This document shows positions 1-8,293 of a stretch of 46,651 nt of DNA, piece by piece; position 1 is the stretch's first letter, and every line of letters starts with the position of its first letter. The stretch comes from Candidatus Desantisbacteria bacterium CG1_02_38_46 (GTDB lineage Bacteria > Desantisbacteria > UBA1551 > UBA1559): contig MNUO01000108.1 of the NCBI GenBank assembly GCA_001871015.1, positions 1-46,651 on the forward strand, read 5' to 3'. Position numbers and translations under genes: made by a program. The notes beneath the pieces are model-generated. The model worked only from the letters and a program-made list of their open reading frames with translations. It had not been told where the DNA came from and ran no database searches.

Positions 1-273
1 GAATAAGTGGTAATATGAAAGTAATGAGACTTTTCTATGATAAAACTTCTAAACTTGCCTATAAGTGGGTAAACAGAAGAAGTCAGAAGAAAAGTTATAC
101 CTTTGAAAGATTTTGTCGCTATTTAAAACATAATCCCTTGCCAGAACCGAAGATATATCATCAATTTTATGCTCTATCCTCGTAGTGAGGAAGCATAATT
201 GAAGAGCCGAATCTGGGAAATCTGGACGTTCGGTTCTGTGAGGGGCATTAAATACCAAATGGAGGTATAAAAG

Positions 274-903
274 ATGTCTACTCGACACATATTATTATCA
301 TTGGTAGCATTGGGCACTGCAATAGTTATGCATGAGTACATGCACGGCTGGACAGCAGAGAAATTTGGGGACCCGACTGCAAGACTTGCAGGCAGGCTTA
401 CACTAAATCCTCTTGCCCACATTGACCCTGTAGGTTCTGTGTTTCTGCCACTTATACTGATTTTTATCCGCTCACCATTTCTCATCGGATGGGCAAAACC
501 TGTGCCGGTTAATTTCCAGGCGCTTCGCAATCCAAAAAGAGACATGATATGGGTTGCACTTGCAGGTCCACTTACAAACATAGTCCTGGCATTAATAGCC
601 AGCATTTTGCTGCGCATCGGCATTGTTAGTCCCTCATCACTCCTGGAAAAACTGCTTTTGAATGTTATTATCATTAACTTAATCCTTGCAGTTTTTAACT
701 TAGTTCCAATTCCACCTCTTGATGGTTCTCGTATCCTGATGGGGATTTTGCCATCACATATTGCATATAGATATAGCAGGTTGGAGCCAATAGGTTTTTT
801 CATAGTGATTTTTTTGTTTTACTTAGGTTTTTTTAGCGCAATAGTTTTACCAATTGTTAGCTGGCTTTTCAATCTATTTCTTGGAAGAGGACTTGGTATT
901 TAG
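274..903 (+). CDS. Site-2 protease family (M50) membrane zinc metalloprotease
   Basis: HEYMH zinc motif, NLVPIPPLDG motif, hydrophobic helices; GGAGG RBS upstream. Confidence 0.93.
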   Translation: MSTRHILLSLVALGTAIVMHEYMHGWTAEKFGDPTARLAGRLTLNPLAHIDPVGSVFLPLILIFIRSPFLIGWAKPVPVNFQALRNPKRDMIWVALAGPLTNIVLALIASILLRIGIVSPSSLLEKLLLNVIIINLILAVFNLVPIPPLDGSRILMGILPSHIAYRYSRLEPIGFFIVIFLFYLGFFSAIVLPIVSWLFNLFLGRGLGI

Positions 904-914
904 AGAGGAGACAG

Positions 915-1949
915 ATGAAGAAAGGGCGTATTTTAAGCGGAATGAGGCCAACAGGTAAATTGCACCTTGGACATTTAATCGGGGCTCTGGATAACTGGGT
1001 TAAACTCCAGGATGAATACGAATGTTTCTATGAGGTTGCAATCTGGCACGCTCTCACCGACCATCTCGATACAAAAAATTTTCAAGAAGACATCTATGAT
1101 ATGGTGCGTGACTGGCTTGCTGCCGGGCTTGACCCAAAGAAAAGTGTGATGTTCATCCAGTCCGATGTGCCTGAACACGCAGAGTTGCATCTACTTCTTT
1201 CAATGCTCACTCCTGTTCCATGGCTTGAAAGGTGCACAACTTTTAAAGAAAAAATAAAAGATATGCACATTGGGAAAGGCGACGTTTCCTACGGGCTTCT
1301 TGGATATCCGGTTTTACAGGCAGCTGATATCCTTATATACAAGGCTAATGTTGTCCCAGTTGGGGAAGACCAGTTACCTCATTTAGAATTGACCAGAGAA
1401 ATTGCCCGCCGGTTCAATTATTACTACGGCCGAGTAGGTCTTCACGACCGAGTAGGTCTTCATGACAATATTTTCCCTGAACCACGGGCGCTTCTTACAA
1501 GCACTGCTAAGTTGCTGGGTCTGGACGGACGGACTAAAATGAGCAAGTCGTATGACAACTACATCAGTCTTGGCGATTCAGCAAAGGAGATTCAGAGTAA
1601 AGTGCAAACGATGTTCACTGACCCGAAAAGGATAAAACTTAAAGATTCGGGACATCCTGAATCCTGCAATGTTTATTCCTATCATAAAGTCTTTAGTTCC
1701 AATGAAATCTGTCCGACATTGATGGGAGATTGCAGGCAGGCCAGGATAGGTTGTACTGAATGTAAAAAGAATTTAGCAAAATATATTGAAAAGTTTCTTG
1801 CTCCTTTCCAGGAAAGACAGAGGAAATGGAAGAAGGACAGTATTAAGGTTATACTTGATGAGGGAGCACGCAAGGCAAGGGCAGTGGCACAGGCTACAAT
1901 GGAAGAAGTGCGGAAGGCAATGAAAATAAAAAAAGGGGACGATTTATAA
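915..1949 (+). CDS. trpS: Tryptophan--tRNA ligase
   Basis: SGMRPTGKLHLGH (HIGH), GYPVLQAADIL, VPVGEDQLPH, KMSKS motifs. Confidence 0.97.
   Translation: MKKGRILSGMRPTGKLHLGHLIGALDNWVKLQDEYECFYEVAIWHALTDHLDTKNFQEDIYDMVRDWLAAGLDPKKSVMFIQSDVPEHAELHLLLSMLTPVPWLERCTTFKEKIKDMHIGKGDVSYGLLGYPVLQAADILIYKANVVPVGEDQLPHLELTREIARRFNYYYGRVGLHDRVGLHDNIFPEPRALLTSTAKLLGLDGRTKMSKSYDNYISLGDSAKEIQSKVQTMFTDPKRIKLKDSGHPESCNVYSYHKVFSSNEICPTLMGDCRQARIGCTECKKNLAKYIEKFLAPFQERQRKWKKDSIKVILDEGARKARAVAQATMEEVRKAMKIKKGDDL
1430..1466 (+). repeat. 18-bp tandem duplication in frame inside trpS
   Basis: ccgagtaggtcttcacga / ccgagtaggtcttcatga, translated RVGLHD-RVGLHD. Confidence 0.85.
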
Positions 1950-1952
1950 GCG

Positions 1953-2663
1953 ATGACTTATAATGTAAAGACTGAGAATTTTGAAGGTCCTATTGAATTA
2001 CTGCTGGACCTTGTGAAGAAAAATGAGATAGATATATATCAGGTATGGATTAGTAAAGTTACCGCTGAATACCTCAAACATCTAGAAATTGTACAATCTT
2101 TAAATCTGGATGAGGCACTTGAATTTCTTATTATCGCCGCGAGTTTAGTTTATCTAAAGTCTCGCAGTCTCCTTCCACAGGAGACACTTGAACTGGTAGA
2201 AGAAGAGGAGCAGTTAAAGAGGTCTCTCGAGAGCTATGCCCAGGAATACGATAAATTCAGACAGGTTGCCGACCACCTTAAGGAAAAAGCAATAATTGCT
2301 GCCGACCACTTTACCCGTCCTGTACCTGAGGAATTAAAAAAAGAAGAGTATATTGAAGCAACTCTGTTTGACCTTGTTTCTGCTTTTAAGAATATACTTG
2401 CTGAATCAGAAAAGAGGGAATATGTTAGAGAGATAACTCCCGAGGTGGTTACTGTGGAGCAGAAAATGGAAGAGATTATAAGTTTATTACAGGGTGAAAA
2501 TGCGACGGTTCAATTTAGCCGAATTTTTAAAAATGCATTAACCCGGCTTGAAATAGTGGTGTCGTTCCTGGCATTGTTAGAATTGATAAGACTGAGAAAA
2601 GTCCGGGCTATACAGAAAAAATTATTTGCAGAAATCGAACTTGTTGGAGTCCCATCATCTTGA
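1953..2663 (+). CDS. scpA: Segregation and condensation protein A
   Basis: FEGPIELLLDLVKKNEIDI N-terminus; IVVSFLALLEL C-terminus; adjacent to scpB. Confidence 0.95.
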   Translation: MTYNVKTENFEGPIELLLDLVKKNEIDIYQVWISKVTAEYLKHLEIVQSLNLDEALEFLIIAASLVYLKSRSLLPQETLELVEEEEQLKRSLESYAQEYDKFRQVADHLKEKAIIAADHFTRPVPEELKKEEYIEATLFDLVSAFKNILAESEKREYVREITPEVVTVEQKMEEIISLLQGENATVQFSRIFKNALTRLEIVVSFLALLELIRLRKVRAIQKKLFAEIELVGVPSS

Positions 2664-2691
2664 TAGCTAAGGAAATTATACCAAAAGTGTT

Positions 2692-2830
2692 GTAACTCAA
2701 ACCTTTAGGTTTGATATCAGGACTAAAGTCCTGAGTTACAGCAGGTCAGGACTAAAGTCCTGAGTTACAGCAGGTCAGGACTAAAGTCCTGAGTTACGTA
2801 ACTCAGACCTTCAGGTCTGATTTTTCTTGA
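2692..2830. repeat. Cluster of GTAAC-palindrome REP-like repeats (family A)
   Basis: Three copies of tcaggactaaagtcctgagttac at 29-bp period, flanked by opposite-orientation gtaactca(a/g)acc-ttNa-ggt(t/c)tga copies. Confidence 0.9.
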
Positions 2831-2847
2831 AATAATGGAGAGAAGAA

Positions 2848-3375
2848 ATGGAGTCAGCTCAAAATTTACCTCCCAAGTCAATAATAGAATGCTTACTTTT
2901 TGTCTCAGATGTTCCTCTGAATCCTCAAAGACTTGCCCATCTTACCGGGTTATTAGAGGAAGAAGTCAAACGGATTCTAATGGAATTAACCCAGGAGTAT
3001 GAGAGGGATGGTCGCAGTTTCAAGATTGCTGAGATTGCTGATGGATTTTTGATGTGTACGCGGCATGAATTTGCGCCATGGATAAAACTACTGTACGCAT
3101 CTCGAAACAGAGCAAAATTGAGCAAAGCGTCTCTCGAAGTTCTGGCGATACTTGCCTATCGACAACCAATCACAAGAGCAGAGATAGAGGCAATTCGAGG
3201 CGTAGACTGTAGCGGGGTACTGCACACCATTCTGGAGAGAAGGTTGATTAAAATTTCAGGGCGCAAGAAAGTTCTTGGTCGTCCGCTCCTTTACCGCACA
3301 ACAGATGAATTTCTGATTTATTTCGGATTAAAAGATCTTTCAGAATTGCCCCGCGTGGAAGAATTGCGTTTATGA
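2848..3375 (+). CDS. scpB: SMC-Scp complex subunit ScpB
   Basis: LSKASLEVLAILAYRQPITRAEIEAIRGV and GRPLLYRTTDEFL motifs. Confidence 0.96.
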   Translation: MESAQNLPPKSIIECLLFVSDVPLNPQRLAHLTGLLEEEVKRILMELTQEYERDGRSFKIAEIADGFLMCTRHEFAPWIKLLYASRNRAKLSKASLEVLAILAYRQPITRAEIEAIRGVDCSGVLHTILERRLIKISGRKKVLGRPLLYRTTDEFLIYFGLKDLSELPRVEELRL

Positions 3376-4619
3376 AAATCAAGAAGTTAGGGGAATTTGG
3401 ATTAATTGAGCACATCCGCCGCCACTTTACATCTTACACCTCCTCACCTCGGGGAACCCACGTTCTGCGTGGGTCGGGCACCCGCCTTACACAGAATTTC
3501 ATTGGCATCGGTGATGACACCGCTGTCATTAAGATTTCGTCCAAAAAATATTTGCTATGGACAACAGATATTCTTATAGAAAGCATCCACTTTCTCCCTA
3601 AACATCTTTCACTTTTACCTTTTAGATTTCGGCTTTCACCTACTTTTATGCTGGGCTGGAAAGCACTTGCTGTAAATCTGAGTGACATCGCAGCAATGGG
3701 CGGGATACCCCAGTATGCTCTGGTTACCCTCGGATTGAAGGGAAATGAGGATGTAAAATTCGTTGATGAATTATACCGTGGAATGAAATCTTGTAGTGGC
3801 AGAGCTCGCTATGATTGTAGTGGCAGACCTTGGTCTGCCGAAAAGTCGAGTAAACTCGACCACTACAGTAGTGGCAGACCTTGGTCTGCCGTCAAAATCC
3901 TCGGTGGCGATACTACAAAGTCACCCATTTTAGTGATAGATGTTTCTGTTATTGGAGAAGTTGAGAAGAAAAATTTGGTGTTACGCAGGGGCGCATCCCC
4001 CGGCGATGTAATTTGCGTTACAGGTTTCTGCGGCGATTCTGCCGTGGGGCTTGCTATACTTCGTAGAGGCTCGATTCATCGAGCCCATTGTAGTGGTACG
4101 ACCCACCCTTCGGGTGGGTGCCCCGGCTCTGCAAATGAGAGACATCTTATTTGTCGTCATCTAATGCCCACTCCTCGTCTCAAAGAAGCAAGAATTATCG
4201 CAAAGAATCATCTTGCAACTTCTATGATTGATAATAGCGATGGTCTCCTCGCTTCAGTTAAATTTCTGTGTCAATCTTCTGGTGTTGGTGCAAAAATCTA
4301 CGAAGATAAAATTCCCATTTCTAAACAATTAATTAAGGGACTGTTCCACCCGCCTCGGGCTGAGGGACTGTCCTATTGCCGTAGTGGCAGAGTTCACTCT
4401 GCGATACAAAAATTTGCCCTCACCGGTGGCGAAGACTACGAACTCGTTTTTACAGTACCGCCCCAGAAATTAAATGATGTTTTGACTAAAATTCCTGAAT
4501 TAACCGGTACACCCGTGACCGCAATAGGGGAAGTTACAAAAAATAAAGGGATTTTTGTCTGCAATTCCAGTGGCAAGAGGAAAAATATAAAAAATATGGG
4601 TTTTGACCATTTTGTGTAG
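3372..4619 (+). CDS. thiL: Thiamine-monophosphate kinase with several in-frame palindromic insertions
   Basis: GEFGLI, IGDDTAV, VNLSDIAAMGG, GGDT, IDNSDGL, GGEDYEL motifs; 415 aa is longer than usual because of the inserts. Confidence 0.93.
   Translation: MKIKKLGEFGLIEHIRRHFTSYTSSPRGTHVLRGSGTRLTQNFIGIGDDTAVIKISSKKYLLWTTDILIESIHFLPKHLSLLPFRFRLSPTFMLGWKALAVNLSDIAAMGGIPQYALVTLGLKGNEDVKFVDELYRGMKSCSGRARYDCSGRPWSAEKSSKLDHYSSGRPWSAVKILGGDTTKSPILVIDVSVIGEVEKKNLVLRRGASPGDVICVTGFCGDSAVGLAILRRGSIHRAHCSGTTHPSGGCPGSANERHLICRHLMPTPRLKEARIIAKNHLATSMIDNSDGLLASVKFLCQSSGVGAKIYEDKIPISKQLIKGLFHPPRAEGLSYCRSGRVHSAIQKFALTGGEDYELVFTVPPQKLNDVLTKIPELTGTPVTAIGEVTKNKGIFVCNSSGKRKNIKNMGFDHFV
3793..3890. repeat. GTAG-class REP/REPIN cluster (family B) in frame inside thiL
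   Basis: gtagtggcagaccttggtctgcc paired with gtcgagtaaactcgaccactac; 51-bp unit nearly identical to the units in tsaB. Confidence 0.9.
4063..4132. repeat. GTAG-palindrome repeats with a nested hairpin, in frame inside thiL
   Basis: gtagaggctcgattcatcgagccc, then gtagtgg..[acccacccttcgggtgggt]..ctctgc. Confidence 0.8.
4381..4402 (+). repeat. Single family-B REP in frame inside thiL
   Basis: gtagtggcagagttcactctgc. Confidence 0.85.
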
Positions 4620-4756
4620 TGACTGTTCTTGAAGCATCACAATTTTAATAAAATACCGTTTCAAATTTGGATAAACTTTTTGGAGATACGTCTTGGATGC
4701 AAAAAGAAAACGATGAATTACTGAAATATTTTGTATAAAAAATTTTATGGAGGTTG

Positions 4757-5053
4757 ATGATGACAAAGGATGAAATTATTAATATTCTTAGCACTCAATT
4801 GCCTTTTATACAGAAGCAATTCTATGTAAAAGAAATAGGGGTATTCGGATCTTTTGTAAAGCAGGAGTACAGTGAGGAAAGCGACATAGATGTGCTTGTT
4901 GAACTTGATAATAGACATAATGACTTATTTAATTTTATCCGTCTCAAAGACTATCTTGAAGAATTGTTTCATAAAGAAGTTGACCTTGTGATGAAAGGAG
5001 CAATAAAACCAAGAATCAAGGACAAAATATTAAAGGAGGCGATTTATGTCTGA
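4757..5053 (+). CDS. Minimal nucleotidyltransferase (MNT/MntA-type antitoxin)
   Basis: GVFGSFVK...SDIDVLVE pol-beta motif, about 98 aa, overlaps a DUF86 gene. Confidence 0.92.
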   Translation: MMTKDEIINILSTQLPFIQKQFYVKEIGVFGSFVKQEYSEESDIDVLVELDNRHNDLFNFIRLKDYLEELFHKEVDLVMKGAIKPRIKDKILKEAIYV

Positions 5054-5402
5054 GAGAGATTATTTTTTGTTTATTGAAGATATACTAAATGCCATTCTGA
5101 AGATTGAAAAATATACTGAGAACGAAACGTTTGAAACTTTTTCAATAAATGATATGGCTGTTGATGCAGTAATCAGGAATTTTGAAATTATTGGAGAGGC
5201 GGCTAGCAATATCCCAAAAGAAATTCATGGAAAATATCCTTATGTAGAATGGAAGGAAATGACAGGATTCAGAAATGTTATCATTCATGATTATTTTGGA
5301 ATAAATCTTAGCACAGTCTGGAATACAGTAAAAAATAATATTCCTCTACTCAAAGAACACATTATAAAGATGAAAGAAGATTATGAGCAAGCAAACACTT
5401 GA
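5046..5402 (+). CDS. HEPN (DUF86/HepT-type) RNase toxin
   Basis: DAVIRNFEIIGEA and RNVIIHDY (Rx4H) motifs. Confidence 0.93.
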   Translation: MSERDYFLFIEDILNAILKIEKYTENETFETFSINDMAVDAVIRNFEIIGEAASNIPKEIHGKYPYVEWKEMTGFRNVIIHDYFGINLSTVWNTVKNNIPLLKEHIIKMKEDYEQANT

Positions 5403-5658
5403 ACCAGATTTTGTTTTATTCCTTGAAAAAAAGGATAACTGGCAGACCTTGTATTATCAAATATTTATTGAACCCAAGGGTGGACATTTATTAAAACAGG
5501 ATGAATGGAAAGAAAAATTTTTGAGGTCATTAAAAGATGATGCAAGCGCTATAATTCTTTGGCAAACAAGAAAATATATAATTTGGGGTATGCCTTTTTA
5601 TAATGAACAACTAAGAAAAACTGAGTTTGAGAAAGAGATTGATAAATTAGTTCAGTAG
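5383..5658 (+). pseudogene. C-terminal nuclease fragment of a type III restriction (Res) subunit
   Basis: EPDFVLFL...QIFIEPKGGHLLKQDEWKEKFL (PD-(D/E)xK-like); no helicase domains. Confidence 0.72.
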
Positions 5659-5776
5659 ATAGATATCAATTATATAACCGAGAAATAGGTTATACTTTAT
5701 TAATTTTACGAATCGCTATAGAGGGACTCAAGCCCCCTGGAAGTAGCCACGAAGTGGTTATTTTGTGTCATGATTT

Positions 5777-6199
5777 ATGAAAATCATAACAAATTCCACA
5801 TCTGAAACCAAAAAATCTGCCTTTCGTTTTGCAAAAAAACTCAAGAAAGGCGATATATTATGCCTTGTAGGTGACCTTGGAAGTGGCAAGACCACATTTG
5901 TCCAGGGATTAGCAAAAGGACTTGGAGTTAAAGATATACCCACCAGTCCGAGTTTCGTCCTGATGAATATCTACAAATGTAAACTGCCACTTTATCATTT
6001 TGATCTGTATCGCCTGGACAATACTGATGAAATCCGCAATCTGGGCCATGAAGAATTCTTTTATGGCGACGGTATTACCGTTGTGGAATGGGCAGAAAAA
6101 TTGAAAGAATTGCTGCCGAGTAAATATATTGAAGTAAAATTCAAAATTCTTGGCAAAAATAAAAGAGAGATATTAATTGTTAAAAAAGAAAAGGAATAA
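5777..6199 (+). other. tsaE: tRNA t6A biosynthesis ATPase TsaE
   Basis: GDLGSGKTTFVQG, SPSFVL, YHFDLYRL, VVEWAE. Confidence 0.96.
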
Positions 6200-7236
6200 T
6201 GTTTGAACCGAGATTTAGATATACAAATAAAATAGTTCAGTTACTAACCAAAATTTCTGCAGCAAGAGAGGCAATTCTCAATTCACCACTAATTCCAAAG
6301 TGGGAAGTTACTCTAAGGCGCGAGGCAATAATCCGCAGCGCCCATTCATCGACGAGTATTGAGGGAAATAGGTTATCTTTGGAACAGGTAAGTGATTTAG
6401 CACAGGGAAGAGAAGTGATGGCTACACGAAAGGATAAACGAGAAGTCTTGAATTATTTGAAAGTTTTGGAAAATATTGGAAATTTGATAAAAGGAAAGTC
6501 AATATATGAGAAAGATATTTTAAATATCCACCGTATGGTGACAAAAGACACCTTAGATAATCCAAATGATTGCGGGGTTTACCGCACCCGCTATGTTGTA
6601 GTGGGAAATAGACTTACAGGAGAAGTGTTTTTTAGGCCACCAAAAAACGAAGATGTGCCCAAGTTAATAAAAGGTTTATTTGAATGGATAAACTCTGAGG
6701 AAGCAAAAGAACTCGACGCCATTCTTGAAGCAGGAATAGTGCATTATGAATTTGTCAGAATCCATCCTTTTGTTGATGGGAATGGCAGAACTGCAAGAGT
6801 TCTGGCAACTTTGGTTCTTTATCTACGAGGATTTGACACCAAACAATTTTTTTGCCTTGATGATTATTATGATTCTGATAGACAGGCTTATTACAGAGTG
6901 TTGCAAAGTGTTGACAAAAAAACGTTGGATGTGACCAGATGGTTGGAATATTTTGTTGAAGGGGTGAATGTAAGCATAGAAGCTGTCAAGGAAAGAGTTA
7001 TAAAACTTAGCAGTGAAAGATTAAGAAAGTCAAAAAGAGGCCAGATTGCTTTAACCGAAAGGCAGATTAGGATTGTGGAATTTATAAATCAAAATGGTAA
7101 GATAACCAATAGGGATGTAAGAGAAATGTTTAAACTTTCAGATGAAGGAGCACTAAAGGAAATTAAAAAGTTGGTAAAGTTAGAAGTTATTAAGAGTGAA
7201 GGCAAAGGGAGATCTCTCTACTATATTCTTTGGTAG
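6199..7236 (+). CDS. Fic family protein with C-terminal HTH
   Basis: HPFVDGNGRTAR Fic motif; SSTSIEGN inhibitory-helix-like motif. Confidence 0.95.
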   Translation: MFEPRFRYTNKIVQLLTKISAAREAILNSPLIPKWEVTLRREAIIRSAHSSTSIEGNRLSLEQVSDLAQGREVMATRKDKREVLNYLKVLENIGNLIKGKSIYEKDILNIHRMVTKDTLDNPNDCGVYRTRYVVVGNRLTGEVFFRPPKNEDVPKLIKGLFEWINSEEAKELDAILEAGIVHYEFVRIHPFVDGNGRTARVLATLVLYLRGFDTKQFFCLDDYYDSDRQAYYRVLQSVDKKTLDVTRWLEYFVEGVNVSIEAVKERVIKLSSERLRKSKRGQIALTERQIRIVEFINQNGKITNRDVREMFKLSDEGALKEIKKLVKLEVIKSEGKGRSLYYILW

Positions 7237-7272
7237 GGTTGGCGATTAGGTTGGCGATTAGGTTGGCGATTA
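7237..7272 (+). repeat. 12-bp tandem repeat x3 immediately after the Fic stop
   Basis: ggttggcgatta x3. Confidence 0.9.
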
Positions 7273-7309
7273 GACAAAGTGTAAAAAGGTGTGGTGACGG
7301 GGTCAGGTC

Positions 7310-8257
7310 TTGACAAATGACAAATCATTGTTGATTCTGGGAATTGATACGAGCGGAGAGTATTGCAGTGTGGGGTTGGTGCAGGGTGAAAGAGTCCTTG
7401 GAGAAATAAGCGAAAGTGCTCCGCAGAAACACTCAGACCAGTTAATTCCATTTATTGATAAGATTTTGAAGGATAGCCACCTGAAAATACAGGATGTGGA
7501 TGGTATTGCCGTGTCACTGGGTCCGGGCAGTTTTACCGGATTGCGGGTAGGAGTGGCAACTGCGAAGGCACTGGCACAGGGGCTGGAGATTCCAATTGTG
7601 GGAGTCAGAACATTGGATATGATAGCATTAAATGCGGTTGAATATTGTAGTGGCAGACCTTGGTCTGTCGAAAAGTCGAGTAAACTCGACCACTACAGTA
7701 GTGGCAGACCTTGGTCTGTCGAAAAGTCGAGTAAACTCGACCACTACAGTAGTGGCAGAGTTTACTCTGCTATAGATAGTCGAGCGGGGTACCCGCCGAA
7801 GGCGGGTCGGACCACTACAATTTGTCCAATTGTGGATGCGAGGAAACAGCAGATTTATACGGCAGTCTATAAAATAAAGTCTAAGAGCCGAAGAACCGAA
7901 GAGCCGAAGTTAAAAAAAATGACAAAAGATTTAGTACTCACAATTGACGAGTTCTTTAAATTACTGATGACTTATAACTCACGACTTATGACGGTATTTA
8001 TAGGTAACGCAATTCCAGTTTACGGCGATGTAATAAAAGAGAAACTGTGTGGGTGTCCGCCAGGAGTGGGTGGGGGCGGGCAGGCGATTTTTGCAACTAA
8101 GGAATTATGGTATCCCCGCGCATCAAATATTGCACTGGCAGGACTGGAGAAATTGCAGCAAAATAAAAAAGGTGACAATCTTTTTAAATTGAAACCGATA
8201 TATTTGAGGGAGCCGGATATCAGGGCTAAAGCCCTGAGTTACATGGTTCAGGGCTAA
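7310..8257 (+). CDS. tsaB: tRNA t6A biosynthesis protein TsaB with large in-frame repeat insertions
   Basis: LGIDTS, GPGSFTGLRVG, DARKQQIY, LKPIYLR motifs; 315 aa because of the inserts; TTG start uncertain. Confidence 0.93.
   Translation: MTNDKSLLILGIDTSGEYCSVGLVQGERVLGEISESAPQKHSDQLIPFIDKILKDSHLKIQDVDGIAVSLGPGSFTGLRVGVATAKALAQGLEIPIVGVRTLDMIALNAVEYCSGRPWSVEKSSKLDHYSSGRPWSVEKSSKLDHYSSGRVYSAIDSRAGYPPKAGRTTTICPIVDARKQQIYTAVYKIKSKSRRTEEPKLKKMTKDLVLTIDEFFKLLMTYNSRLMTVFIGNAIPVYGDVIKEKLCGCPPGVGGGGQAIFATKELWYPRASNIALAGLEKLQQNKKGDNLFKLKPIYLREPDIRAKALSYMVQG
7647..7818. repeat. Tandem 51-bp REPIN units (family B) in frame inside tsaB
   Basis: GTAG starts at 7647, 7698 and 7749; translated (SGRPWSVEKSSKLDHYS)x2; last unit has a nested acccgccgaaggcgggt hairpin. 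Confidence 0.92.
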
Positions 8258-8270
8258 AGCCCTGAGTTAC
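8220..8270. repeat. Two family-A REP-like repeats overlapping the tsaB stop
   Basis: tcagggctaaagccctgagttac x2; compensatory stem change relative to the 2717 copies. Confidence 0.9.
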
Positions 8271-8293
8271 AAAACTGATTTTGGGAGGTGACC

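Noticed and set aside
175-245. Hairpins upstream of the M50 protease as a possible riboswitch or T-box
   Set aside because: No T-box or recognisable riboswitch consensus; the stems are short.
174-803. 209-aa minus-strand ORF, and the many other short antisense ORFs in the track
   Set aside because: They are shadows of well-supported genes on the opposite strand and have no motifs or RBS.
2717-2797. 29-bp periodic palindromic repeats as a CRISPR array
   Set aside because: Linkers are 6 bp and identical, there are no unique spacers, and no cas genes are present.
4652-4738. Short frame NTVSNLDKLFGDTSW...LLKYFV resembling a TcmP C-terminal remnant
   Set aside because: Only 28 codons with no start; the resemblance cannot be established by eye.
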